The translations under genes were made by a program, and so were the position numbers. Below the pieces are notes generated by a model. That model was not told the origin of the DNA and ran no database searches. It saw only the letters and a program-made list of their open reading frames with translations. Shown here piece by piece: positions 40,952-53,300 of a stretch of 64,000 nt of DNA; position 1 is the first letter of the stretch, and the number at the start of each line of letters is the position of its first letter. The stretch is from assembly GCA_008369845.1 (NCBI GenBank), contig MRSU01005687.1, positions 1-64,000 of the forward strand, in the 5' to 3' direction. The stretch is from Trichomonas gallinae (lineage: Eukaryota).

Positions 40952-42922
40952 TCATTTGAATTGGATATTCTTGACAACTTGCGCGAGTTTGTTATAATTC
41001 GCGCGCGTTTCTTGCAGCATCTTCTCAAGTCCTTGAATGATTTCGTGGCTTGTTGCCTGTGCATCGTCTCTTGTCTTAATCTCATATTTAAGTCGATCAA
41101 TATCATTCTGCATCTGCCAGAATTTCATCTTGTTCGCGTGAAGCATGATGTTCATAGGGTTGTTTGACTCTTCTGGCTTGAAGACTAAGCTGTTTCTCGC
41201 TTTTTCTGCCTCTAAAACAATGATTTTAGATCTGAGACGTTTTAATTCGTCAGTCAAAGCGTCAGATTGAGAGTTGCACTGGTTTGGAAGGTGTTTTCTC
41301 CTTAATTCCATTAGTTTGCCGTCGAGTTCTGCGACTTTTTCGACTAATTCGAGCTTTTCTTTATCATTTGATCTTGTATCTTGTGCTTTCTGTCTCTCTT
41401 CCTGGATTTGGAACTTCAGCTTGGCAATTGTATTGTTGCAGTCTGAGAGTTGGCGATTTAGGCTGGCATTTGTTTTTTGCATATCTAAAATTTGTGATTC
41501 AAGCTTAGAATTCTGTTCTTTAAGCTTCATCTTCTCTATTCTAACCTCATCAAGCTGATCTGATGCTTTAGAGAGCTCCTTTCTCATGGTGTTCATTTGA
41601 TTCGATGCGCTTGAAAGATTTGAGCCAAGAGCATTGTCTTTAGCTATGATACTTTCCTTAAGTACTGCATTTTCAGATGTTAAAAGGGAAATTTTGCTTT
41701 CAAGCTCTTTGTGAGTTTTAGTTGAATTTGCAAATTCTTTGTTTAATTGTTCGTATTTGATATTGGATTCTTCAAGCTGTTTCCTAAGCTTGTCTTGCTC
41801 CAATGATGATAAAGAACGAAGTTTTTCGATTTGAGAAGTCAAAGATTGAAATTCTGACTCTTTTAGCGATAATTTCGTGGATAATTCAGATACTGATACA
41901 GTGAGTGACTTGTTTTCTGCCATAAACTTTGTGTTTTGTTCATTTAACGATGTTATTTGATCACGGAGCTCTTGAATTGATTTTGATGAGACTTTTAATT
42001 GGTTTTGGATTTGTTTGGACATAAGCTCATCAAATTCATTCTTCATTTGCTCTTTTTCTTTCTTTAATTGTTCAATTATTGAATTTAACTGATCTACATT
42101 TTGTTGCAATTGTTTATTGGCTGATTTTAAGCTCTCATTATCAGCATTAGCTTCATCAAGGCCGCGCTCTGTTTGAGATTTAAAATCTTTGATTTTTGCG
42201 ATTTCTTTTTCCAAAGCAGCAATTTTGTTATTTGCTTCGGCTAATTCTTCTTTTGTAGCGTTGAAAGACTTCGTAAGTTCATCATAATTTGAAGATTGCT
42301 TATTTAGCTTGTCAATGAGCTCTGATTGCTCCTCTTCGACTTCTTTGAGATGTTCTTGTAATGATTCTATCTCTTCAGTTCGATTTTTGACTTTTTCGTT
42401 TAATTCAGAAATTGTGTTGTTTAAGTTTGTTATTTCTTCTTCTTTCTGTAAGATAACTGTGTTTAAACGTTCATTTTCCTCTTTCATGTGACCATGTTGG
42501 AAAGCTGCTGATTCTTTCTCATTATTTGCATTTTCGAGCTGTTTTTTGAGATCAACAAGGGTTGATTCGGCATCAGTAGCTTTATTTCTTGTTTCACTAA
42601 GTTCTGGTTCGAGATCAGCAAGTTTTGCTCTGAGTTCGGCGATGAGCGCGTTTTTGCGCTCAACATCGCTTTGTAATTCATCATAACTGAGCGTTTTCTG
42701 CTTTTCTTCTGTGAGTTCTTGTGTGAGACGTTCAAGCTGTAGTTCGAGTTGGTGTTTTTCTTTCTCACAAACGATTAATTTTTGTTCTAATTCTTTCTTT
42801 TTTTCGACGAGACGCTTCATTCCCGGCGGCTCTGAAGACTCGCCCTTATCAGCTTTCTTCTTCGAAATGGTAATGTTAGTATCAAGGTTTTCGCGTCCGC
42901 GCATCTTAGGAATTTTCGACAT
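40952..42922 (-). CDS. Long coiled-coil protein
   Basis: 656-aa ATG ORF with continuous E/K/L/Q heptads. Confidence 0.85.
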   Translation of the reverse strand: MSKIPKMRGRENLDTNITISKKKADKGESSEPPGMKRLVEKKKELEQKLIVCEKEKHQLELQLERLTQELTEEKQKTLSYDELQSDVERKNALIAELRAKLADLEPELSETRNKATDAESTLVDLKKQLENANNEKESAAFQHGHMKEENERLNTVILQKEEEITNLNNTISELNEKVKNRTEEIESLQEHLKEVEEEQSELIDKLNKQSSNYDELTKSFNATKEELAEANNKIAALEKEIAKIKDFKSQTERGLDEANADNESLKSANKQLQQNVDQLNSIIEQLKKEKEQMKNEFDELMSKQIQNQLKVSSKSIQELRDQITSLNEQNTKFMAENKSLTVSVSELSTKLSLKESEFQSLTSQIEKLRSLSSLEQDKLRKQLEESNIKYEQLNKEFANSTKTHKELESKISLLTSENAVLKESIIAKDNALGSNLSSASNQMNTMRKELSKASDQLDEVRIEKMKLKEQNSKLESQILDMQKTNASLNRQLSDCNNTIAKLKFQIQEERQKAQDTRSNDKEKLELVEKVAELDGKLMELRRKHLPNQCNSQSDALTDELKRLRSKIIVLEAEKARNSLVFKPEESNNPMNIMLHANKMKFWQMQNDIDRLKYEIKTRDDAQATSHEIIQGLEKMLQETRANYNKLAQVVKNIQFK

Positions 42923-43350
42923 CGAAATGTGTACGTTTAGGATAAAAAGATTTTATTATTAAGGTTATTTACGTGTCATATTTCACAACAAATCATATTG
43001 GTGTTGCAGACAGATGTATACCATTGACGTGAAAAAAAGACAATTGTTGAAATTTAATTGAGCCATTCCAAAAAGATTATTGCTAATTGACTCTATCAAA
43101 TATATTTGCCAATTTAGTATTTTACATGACAAAAATATTCTGTTTTTCAATTCAATTTTTATTTTACATTACAAAAAGTTTAAATTTACATGTCAAAAAT
43201 TATATTTTGTCCGGCAGGAAATTCATTGAAATAATGTATACTTTTCGATAATTTTGCTTGTAAGAAAGTTTTTTTAAACATTCTTTGATGTTCATAGAAA
43301 TTTTACGAAATTTTAAATAAGGTTATTTACATGTCAGATGTCAGAAAATA

Positions 43351-44367
43351 ATGAAGAAAGCGAGGGAAGCATTGATTCGTCCGCGGCGGAAAAATTATGA
43401 CATTTCATCAATGCCAATAACTTTTTCTTATGCGGGCAAAGATTTCATTCGCTGTCCATGTAGCTACGAAAACAAACGACATCAGCAGATTATCGGATCA
43501 ATGTACTATTTAGCAGACAGACCAGTCTCACCTGGCGATGTTTGCGTTATATATCTTCACGGAAATGCCAGTTCCCAATTAGAAGGCCGTTTTCTCATTC
43601 CAAATTTATGCCCACACGGAATTGCCGTATTTTGTTTCGATTTTGCCGGATGTGGACTCAGTGATGGAAGCTACATCTCGTTGGGATACTATGAATCCTT
43701 TGATACAAAATTTTTAATGAATTCATTACTAATTCAATTTGGTTTCTCAAAATTCATTCTTTGGGGAAGATCAATGGGTGCAGCAACAGCACTCTTAGTA
43801 CGCCATCCAAATCTCGCTGCGTGCATATCAGATTCCGCTTACATATCTATTGAAGAGATGGTTAACATAGTAGCAAAGAAATCTGATATTCCAGGCATCA
43901 TCCGTCCATTTGCTAATTGGTTCCTGAAGGAGTCTGTTGACTCGTGCGCCTTGTTTGACTATACATCAGTCAATGTTTTGGAATCAATTAAAAAAATTCA
44001 AGTGCCGATAGTAATAGGGCACGCTGAAAACGATGAAATTGTACCTTTTAGCCACAGCCAGATGCTTTATCAAGCCTGTCCAAACGTGATGAAATTATTC
44101 ATGAAACTTCCTGGCGGACATAACTCGCAGAGACCAGCAGAATGGATAAGACTTTGTGTGATGTTCATAATTGACCAGTTTGGACTTGAACATCCTGAAC
44201 AGGTACCAATCTACGAAGCTCGCGATTTGCAAGATTTTGATGCTCACTTTTCATCAGCTGATGAGTTGTATCCTAGGAAGCCACGAAAGAATGGAAGTGA
44301 AGATGGTGATGATGGTGTGAGAACTAAGTCGAGAAGACAATCTCGCGTTGATTCTGATTCTGATTAA
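43351..44367 (+). CDS. Alpha/beta-hydrolase (ABHD / S9-like, YqkD-type)
   Basis: YLHGNAS oxyanion motif, FDFAGCGLSDG, nucleophile WGRSMG, acid HAENDEIVP, His LPGGHN. Confidence 0.93.
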   Translation: MKKAREALIRPRRKNYDISSMPITFSYAGKDFIRCPCSYENKRHQQIIGSMYYLADRPVSPGDVCVIYLHGNASSQLEGRFLIPNLCPHGIAVFCFDFAGCGLSDGSYISLGYYESFDTKFLMNSLLIQFGFSKFILWGRSMGAATALLVRHPNLAACISDSAYISIEEMVNIVAKKSDIPGIIRPFANWFLKESVDSCALFDYTSVNVLESIKKIQVPIVIGHAENDEIVPFSHSQMLYQACPNVMKLFMKLPGGHNSQRPAEWIRLCVMFIIDQFGLEHPEQVPIYEARDLQDFDAHFSSADELYPRKPRKNGSEDGDDGVRTKSRRQSRVDSDSD

Positions 44368-44920
44368 TTGTTAATAGTTACTTGTTAATATAAATTTGTT
44401 TGTTATTTCGTTCGAACTTATCATATTCATTTTGCCTTTATGCTGATCATATTACTTTTCATATTTTTTCAATTATTTCAAAATAACAAAATTGGATAAT
44501 ATGGGAACGATAAAGATGCTAACATTGACTAGGATAATAGGAATTGCGTGTCATATTACCTATTATGAAGGATAGAAAATTCAATCGCTGTGTGAATTCA
44601 TCCAACAAGTTTAGAATCATGAGTAGATCCTTTATATCCTGCATTTATTATGAATATATAGAGAACCGAGCGTTTGACTGTATTTATTGAGATATAAAAC
44701 CTTATTCGGACTCAGTTGGCAATTATAATTGTTATTTTTGATAGCTCATAATGCAATTAATACATTGCCAACCTTAGATGATGACAATATATTCTTGGAA
44801 AGTAATTTTTTGCAAGAAAATTAAATGAGAATAGCAGCACTCATATTTGTGTCATTTAGAGATATATTCATGTTCGCAAAAAACATATTTATCCGTATAA
44901 AAAAATTAACATCAATTCTA

Positions 44921-45520
44921 TTAAAGGAATAAAGAATTCTGAGCCTTATCGGTCAGAAATTCACTTAGTTCGGATATGTCGGATTCGGAGTCGAAATGGC
45001 TGAAAACATTGCTCAAAATGCAATTTGATATGTTTTCAAGCTCTTCGACATGCATTGATGGTTGAACATCAGCTTTTTGGGAAATTGGAGACTCTGTTGT
45101 TGCTGCCTTGCTGTGCTTTAAGTTCTTTGATCTTCTTTCGATCTTAACCTCATTGTGCTTAATTCCATGGTATTTTACAAGCGATTTATGCCATCTATTC
45201 TTTACACTGTTTCCATTTCTTCCTGGTAAGAACTGACTGATCATTACCCAGCGTGGCCCGAATTCACGATACTTGCTGATGATTATTTCGTCTTCTCTTG
45301 CCGACCACCTCTTAGATGAGGTGTCCTCATACAAATAGGAGTTATATCTGTCTCTGCATTGTGGTCCAGTCCTTCCTGGAAGATACTTCGCAACAGCGGA
45401 CCAAGGACTGATGTGTTTGTTTTCTACAAGGTCCTTAATCAGTGCATCTTCCTCGGGTGTGAACCTCCTGCTCTTAGTATTCTGCCCCTTTCTCTTGCAG
45501 TCACTAGTTTCGGAATGCAT
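44921..45520 (-). CDS. R2R3-Myb transcription factor
   Basis: First ATG at 45520. FTPEEDALI...W..VA..LPGRTGPQCRDRY and WSAREDEII...FGPRW..IS..LPGRNGNSVKNRW. Confidence 0.95.
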   Translation of the reverse strand: MHSETSDCKRKGQNTKSRRFTPEEDALIKDLVENKHISPWSAVAKYLPGRTGPQCRDRYNSYLYEDTSSKRWSAREDEIIISKYREFGPRWVMISQFLPGRNGNSVKNRWHKSLVKYHGIKHNEVKIERRSKNLKHSKAATTESPISQKADVQPSMHVEELENISNCILSNVFSHFDSESDISELSEFLTDKAQNSLFL

Positions 45521-47393
45521 TATCAAATTTAACTAAAAATTTGGGAAAAATTAGCAGATGGTTGTAAAAAACTATGGTAATGGGAGATATATTAATCGTT
45601 GTTTTGAATGATTTTTAGGTTTTGAGATGATTCTGAAAAAATCAAATGAATTGATTTGACAATCAATTTAATTTTTTGTAAAAATGCTATAAAACACTCA
45701 GAGAGATAATGTTATTCAATAAATTATTATCAAAAAATTGGGAAATTGAATAAAATCAACCGAAATTTTACAATTTTTAATGATGAAATATGAATATATG
45801 ATATGTTATGAGCAGAATTTAAAAATTTTACAAAACTCTCAAAATTATGAGGCATTCAATTAATATTTGTTGCCTGGCATCGAAACAAAAAATATTAGCG
45901 AATTAAAAAAAGTTATCCTTCCATTCAAAAAATTTACAAAAAATTAAAATCGTCATCATTTATTGACAAAATCATTTAATATTATTTATGTTTAAAATTT
46001 TTGACACGTTTTTCCTCTCAATTCATCCGCAGTTGACAAATTTAATCGCAGTTATATTATAATGTTGTAAATGTTGATTTTGGCTAAAACACTTCTGAAT
46101 ATCATGTTTTCAACATTAATACACTCGAAATATTCACAAAAATTCATTAATTGATAGATTCGTGGATGCTAAATATTTATATACCTTACAAACATTCTTA
46201 ATTTTAACAAATAATAGGCTATGAATAAGGTATTTTTTTGGAAATCAAATCGTATTTATTTGAAATTGTAATATTTTGTCTGATGGAATCAAATCTTTGT
46301 ACATACTATATTATATACAATAACTGAAAAATGATATAACAATAGTATTTGTGGAAGAATGAAGATTTGTCAAATAAAAAAACTTACATGTCAAAAAATA
46401 TTTGAATTTTTAATCCGTCTTTTTTAGATTTGAATATCGTGATATTCCTAATTTAGATTTTTGGACACGAAACAAAATTCTAGTATAATACAGTCTCAGC
46501 ATCACCTATGGATGATGGAACAGGCATTTATCATAGAAATGAAGCATTTTTACTTCTATTGATTCCAATAGATTGATTATCCATTTGATAAATCATTAGT
46601 TGTTCAAATATATATCCAAAATGTATTGAAAATGAACTAGGTGCTTAGCTGGAAATGCATGTTTTAATCATTCAATCAGTAATAAACATGAAATCAATCA
46701 AAAACTAATTAGAATGGGTTTCTTCTTATCAATTATATTGATTTTTGATATATTCTGAACTCAGATTTTTAATTGAATCTTTTCGAAAAAATATAAACTC
46801 TTATTTAAACAATAAGAGTTTGATCATAATAGATGACGATAATTATTGCTTAAAATCATGAAATTATTTTTGCAATTTCAGGCATTTTGGATACCGACAA
46901 TTATCATTTCAAAATCCTCAGCAAATAAATGATGCATTATTTGTTTTGTTCAGAAATAAGTCGTTTTGGAGTTTGATGACTGCAAACTTGTTCAATTCAA
47001 AATAATTTAATTTATTTTTGAATAAACATCTGCGAGCAATCCAGCAACTTCGTATTAACGACATATAAAATTAAAACATGATTTTTCCGATTTAATTCGG
47101 AAAAAATAAAATCAGAAATCGGTAAAATTAGCTTTTTCTGCATTTTGAAATGTTGAATTTTATGGCAAATTTTTTCCTCTGCGAATTATTCAACTCTTTT
47201 TGATGTAAAACATGATATTTTATGAATATCAAAATTTTGCATCAACTTAATCGATTAATTAAGATTCACCTGTAGATAGATATGTTAGTTGGGTGCTCTG
47301 CATTTTATTGATGCTATTTTCATAGTCATAGAACAAACATAGCATAAGTTCAAAATACGCAATATAAAATATAAAAATAACCTCAAATGTAAA

Positions 47394-49517
47394 GTGTTTA
47401 TACGAAAAGTGACAACTCCAATAAAAGGAAAAAATATAAAAATAACGGAAATCGATAAAAACACGTCCTCAGAGCGATCAAATGGACTGCCATACAATGT
47501 ACTTGATGGTACGCCAACAATAAGTGGCTTTTATCCCTCAAGTTTCATAATTCATCCCAAACCTGTCAATGTCACTGTTTTACATAATGTTAAGCCATTT
47601 ACAATTCATTTTAAAGATCAAATAAGCGAAATTCATGACAAAATAGAAAAATTTTTAAAGATTCAGAAAATTCGAATATCAGATTTTGCTTTGCCATGTT
47701 TTATTTTTCTCACAACATTTAACTCAACGCATGACATAGCTGCTTCTGTTTCAAATGTGGATGATGTTGCCAGTTATTTTCAATCAATCATGCCAAATTT
47801 ATCACAAGAAATCATGGACCAAATAAATGGATCAAAAAAACCAATCAAAATGACAACATATTCTTATTTTCTCAAGAGTATTGATGGACTGTCGGACACC
47901 AGTGTATTGAAATTAACAGCAATGATTTCTTATTATGTTAAAGAAGATTATTCTCAAACGCAAATATTCGTGAAATGCAGCACACTTATTTCAACGTCAT
48001 ATAATGCTTCGATATCTTTCAGCAACTTCCTCAAAGATCTTCTCGCTGATCAGCCACAAGACAGTTCAGAGGAAGAAGATGATGAATCAGAAAAGAAAAT
48101 TTCATACACAAGAAAAGAATTACTTAAAAAAACAATTTCAACAGCACTCGTTGATGACTATGCAAAAGGGCCTCCTAAGAAGATAAATCTGCCTTCTTAT
48201 AAACCAATATCAAGAGAAGGAAGACAAAAGGTTGGATGCAGTTACGTAATCAATCCAACGGATTTACCAAAAGGGTTAAAAGAGTCACTTTTATTCAACA
48301 CTTGTTATGTGTCAGTTTTCAGTGGCTCAGAAGGCGGAAACATTGACTCAACGAGCGAATTGGACCAACTAATAAGAGACCAAGAGGAGTATTTCAAAGA
48401 AACACAATATTATCCAGATGCTCAAGTTAGAATCAACAGAATAGAAAAATCATTATCGTTTTTAAGATCAAAAGAAATGTGCCACAATTTTCCTGGTTTT
48501 TTGATACTAGCAATTAAAGATATATACGGCAGTTCAGCCTGGGATATTTTTCAGGCACTTTCAGTTAACAGGTCTGATACTTCTTTAGTGTTAATAGACA
48601 GAATGAGCCAGGTTATCAACATTTATTACTCATTAGATATAAATTGGAGGAATTTCCATTCATACGAAAATGGTGTCATGGGTGGGCAGATGATGCTCAA
48701 AGTTCCTGAGCCAAACCTCGCCCTGCCAATGACAATTGCTTTCAGCAAAGAAGGACAAGACTGGAATGAGCTCCAATTGATGCTGACGTCAACGTGTAAA
48801 CACATTAAACTTGACACAGACACATCAGCAGAACTGGAAAGAGCTGCATTGAGATTTTTCAGCGTAATTGAAAATGTCGCTGAAAGCGATGAAAAGATTC
48901 GATGCTACATGCCTAGACTTTTTATATCTGCTATTCAGATCATCCCAGAAATAATCGATGCCATCCACAGATTCGATCATACACTAAATTCAATGCTTGG
49001 TGGTGAGTATTGTTTTGCTGCTTTAGCGCAGTTGAAGATTGCAGAATGCACAGCAAAATACCATCAATCGTTAACAGGAGAAGATAATAATATAATGACA
49101 AAGGATGTTTCTAGAGTGATGAAGTTAGTAGTGCAGCATTTTATGCAGCGGCAATCCTATAAATCGGGTCAGAAGAAATCAGACTCCAGCATAATTTCTG
49201 CTTTTTTCGGGTCAATTGAAGGAGTGACACTAATTAAACGAGTGAAGATATTCACTTCAATAATGAGGATGCTCATGCTCCGCGGTGAGTTTGATCCTCT
49301 CATAGATGTTTTTAATCAGTTTAAAGCTGGTGAAGTCAGTGAGAAACTTTACAAAAAGAGAGTAAGAGATATCTGCCCTTCGCGCGGCCTTTTCGCAATA
49401 TCGAATCACGGTAAAGGTATAATACGAGTCAGAAGTGCAATGGAAGGTGCCCCAACACTCACTGTTGTTCCTGTATTGATCAGGCCACCACCGACTTTTA
49501 ATGCAAGGAAGAGATAG
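47394..49517 (+). CDS. Hypothetical protein, start codon uncertain
   Basis: Frame is open from 47343 to a TAG ending at 49517; first in-frame ATG only at 47790; no recognisable family. Confidence 0.65.
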   Translation: MFIRKVTTPIKGKNIKITEIDKNTSSERSNGLPYNVLDGTPTISGFYPSSFIIHPKPVNVTVLHNVKPFTIHFKDQISEIHDKIEKFLKIQKIRISDFALPCFIFLTTFNSTHDIAASVSNVDDVASYFQSIMPNLSQEIMDQINGSKKPIKMTTYSYFLKSIDGLSDTSVLKLTAMISYYVKEDYSQTQIFVKCSTLISTSYNASISFSNFLKDLLADQPQDSSEEEDDESEKKISYTRKELLKKTISTALVDDYAKGPPKKINLPSYKPISREGRQKVGCSYVINPTDLPKGLKESLLFNTCYVSVFSGSEGGNIDSTSELDQLIRDQEEYFKETQYYPDAQVRINRIEKSLSFLRSKEMCHNFPGFLILAIKDIYGSSAWDIFQALSVNRSDTSLVLIDRMSQVINIYYSLDINWRNFHSYENGVMGGQMMLKVPEPNLALPMTIAFSKEGQDWNELQLMLTSTCKHIKLDTDTSAELERAALRFFSVIENVAESDEKIRCYMPRLFISAIQIIPEIIDAIHRFDHTLNSMLGGEYCFAALAQLKIAECTAKYHQSLTGEDNNIMTKDVSRVMKLVVQHFMQRQSYKSGQKKSDSSIISAFFGSIEGVTLIKRVKIFTSIMRMLMLRGEFDPLIDVFNQFKAGEVSEKLYKKRVRDICPSRGLFAISNHGKGIIRVRSAMEGAPTLTVVPVLIRPPPTFNARKR

Positions 49518-50330
49518 ATATAATAGTTTGTTTTTTTATGTTTATTATATAAATATATTTGTTTATTTGTCTTAAATCAAAATTAAGCGGTTATATTTGA
49601 ATCATAAAATTCATGAATGAAGGCGCGGCCGCGGCGCTATCATCGCCGGATTTGGAAATTATTTTCATATATAGAAACATATGTAATGTGCATTTCAAAA
49701 TGATTCATATTCCAAATATTTCCTGAAGAAGAATTAATCAAATCTGTTAATTAAGAACACAGTCTTATTATTCATATAAGAGTTTTTAACAAAATTTCTG
49801 TTAAAATTCAATGAGAAAAACTCTATTTTTTAGTTTGTCAAAAAATATTGTTTGAAATTCATTATATGCTAATTATGTGTTCCATCATGTGTAGACATAT
49901 AACCTATATGCGCTTCCGTCATTATATATATGTGATTAACTTCTCTCTAATTCTGATGTATTTGCCTAAAAACAAGACATAAAGAAATTCATTGATGAAA
50001 ATAGGAAAACATAATAATAATAGAACTGTTTTAAAGCTGATATAAAATGACATGAAAAGAGTCGATAATTGTTAGATAGTTAGAATGAATAAAACACGTT
50101 TGCTGGCAAAAATTTGCAAAATAATTTTGGATGCCATGAACATCAAGTCATTTTTGTTTTATATATAAGTCCATTAATGTGAAGGATGTTGATTTATTGA
50201 GTTCGATTTCATGATTAATTTTATTGGACAGGAAAAACATTGAAGAGCTCATATTTGGAATAATTTTTGGGATGAATGGACTATATGCAGTTATTATAGC
50301 AAAAATAAAGAGCATAAAAAATATAACAGA

Positions 50331-53300
50331 ATGAGGAGTGGATCTTCCTCCTCAAATCCTTCTCTTTTTATTCCCCAGACTTCGCTGGGTGACATATATC
50401 TCAAGCTCATTACGAGCATTCCCGAAGATTCCCCGCATTTGCTTCATATTATCCAATTTATAACATCAAGTTCGTTTTTAACTAACTTTGGATCATTTCA
50501 ATTTGCAGTTACGATGGCAAAAATGCTTGAAGATTATCCAGAAAGAGGCAAAATTACGCTACAAGTTTTCGAAAAATTAGTTGATTATCCAATCATCCAC
50601 AGAATCGTAAATTTAGTCAAGAAAATCGACCCCAAATTCTTCAGCGACATAAACGAAAACGTTCAGCCTAAAATTGCCAGCATCTTCTCGTTCAGTACTG
50701 AGAAAGATGTTGCAGAATTAGCTAAACAATACACATTTTCTCAAAATAAGAGCGTTCGCTTCAAGCATGAAGGTTCATTCGTCTCAATATCAGACGTTTT
50801 TAATGAAGCTTCTGCAGAAAATGGAGATAATTATTCAACAAAATCTTTACAATGCATTGAACAATTCCAGCCATATACAGAAAACGATGTTGCCGATTTT
50901 GTTATTAACCTCGTATCAAACAAGTCACCAATTTCGAAAGATATCGCTACAAGAGATAGAAATACTTTATTCAGTTTATTAAGACAATTTAAAAACTCGA
51001 AAATTACTCTAGAACAGCTTATTAAGGCTTTTGACTCGAGATCTGTAATTATCTCGAGCATGGCTTCATTCAACCATTTTATTTCAGCAATAAAAGAAGT
51101 AACAGGATCGCGATCTGTTCCTATTGGCTCATTCTTGGGACAATGGGATCATCCTAAGACTCAATTAAACTTTCTTCAACATATTATAAATTCACAGCCG
51201 ATTGCAGTACAATTTCCAAGGTCACAACCTACAAAAATCAATCCGATACTGATTGGTGATTTCAAAGGCGATCACTGGAGATATCCAGAGTTTATTGTCG
51301 CCTTGGCCAATCTTTACAACGAACTTCCAGAAGAAATCAACGCATTACTCGCACAATTATCACCATCTAACTCTACCGCACTACTTCTCGTTTCTCTAGC
51401 CTCACTTGGCGAAACATCATCATTCGCAGGTCAGCTTTTATCCAATTTGGTGACTTGCAACTCTCAGTACATGTGCGGAATATCAACGTTATGGGCAATG
51501 AACAGCAACTTTTTGATCGACACTTGCGCGAAACTTCATGAAGACAAACCAATTATGCTTAGCCGCATTTACGACATTGCAGACGATCTTTGCGTCTTGG
51601 AAGAGTTCAAGAGCCGCTCTCCGCCTAAATTCCGCGCTGTTCTCGAAATATTCGACTTCTTCAGACACGGAAACGATTTTAGAGTCTTCCTTAAAAACCT
51701 CAAAAATCCAGAACTCGCGATGCAGATATTCGAGCGCCCAACAGACTTCGGCTTCATCATCCCGATGAGTGTTGAGCGCCGCCTTTCAACGGACGACAAA
51801 AACATGTACAGCGCTGATTTATTGTTCTTTTTATATCTCAAAGAAATTTTTGACTCGCTCGATGAAAACATGAGAACACGCACAATTCCTTCTCTTTTCC
51901 AGAAGTGCTGCGAGCGCACGAAGAAGCTTACTCAGTGCGAATTCAGATGGCATCAGAAGGTTACAGCTCCGCCATCTCCTCGTCCAGCGAAAGACGAAGA
52001 TTTGACGACATTGGCGATGAAAACGGAGAAAAGAGAAACAGAGAAGTTCAGAACAATAGTCGCATCTCTTGTTTCCGATTTCCCGCGCGATAAAAACGCG
52101 GCAGAAAAGAACGGCAAGAACTTAGGTATTTTGTTATCTAGGAACTTATTGTGTCCGTCGGATTCTGTCTCCGCAATTTCGCTGATCAACAGAGGCCTTT
52201 CGCTGAGAGAAAACTCTAATGGATTCATTTTCGCGCGCGAAGCACTTAAGGAGATCGCGCCCGGATTTAAGTTACTTCTTCCTTTCGCTAGACAAATCGT
52301 CACGAGTTCGCAAGTCAAGAAATCTCTTCCTGAAGTTTATGATGCGGCAGTTTCTGCTTTAAAGCCTGAAGTCTGCCAATTGCAGCAGGAAGAAGCAATT
52401 CAGCCAACTGTTTTCGACATTCATCCTAAGCTCAAAAGGTTCAGATATATACATCCTGATGACGAAAATCCAATGAAAACTGGCAATTTCGATGCTTACG
52501 CTTTAGCTGTCATCGAACAAGAAATGCGCAAAAATGGTAATGATATGTCAATTAATTCAGATGTTGAACAAAATTGCATCGAAGCCGCTTTATATCAAAT
52601 TCATTCTATTATATTAAACGGCGATAAACAAGCAATGTGGAAGCTTACAAGACTCGCGAGATGGCTTGCTTCCAGGACAATTTCAAACTCAAATCCATCG
52701 TTCGGCAAATTCCTCAATTTAACAGATTTAGTTTTATATTCATATGAAAATAATTTGTTAAGCTTAACTCTTCCTTTCTTGGCAACACTTTTCGAAAAAG
52801 TCCCACAGTGTTTCTTCCCACCATGTCCATGGACTATTTCCATTCTCAGCGCTTTAGGAGCAATCTACAGGCTTCCTTATCTCAAGAGAACTCTTATGTC
52901 TATGATCAAGAGTATTTTCGACTTATTCAATTGCGGAATCACTGATATCGAGCCACACAGATTACGTCCACTTGAGACATTACCAATGAAAGACTCAGAC
53001 TTCCTCTTTCCGCCGCTGAATTTCGAGATTCCAGTCATCAGCCGTGACAAACTTTATGCCGGCGACATTTTCTCGATTGTCTCCGTTGTTTCACGCTTCT
53101 TTAAAGGAGCTGACAACCAGACAACGAAAGAAGTCGCATTATTTGTTCACTCCAAAGTCCCAGCTATCGCCAAATCAGCCTACGAAACAGCCTTTTCGTT
53201 AGCTACGAAAGACTTCGCAAGGAGCAAAGATTCACACGCAGCAGAAACATTTGCGTTGACTTTGCTTAAAACATTGTGCAAGTCTCTCGCAACTGTTGCT

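Noticed and set aside
46440..47070. Possible decayed gene on the minus strand
   Set aside because: Only short coding-like fragments (<50 aa) with stops and no recognisable family; not supportable.
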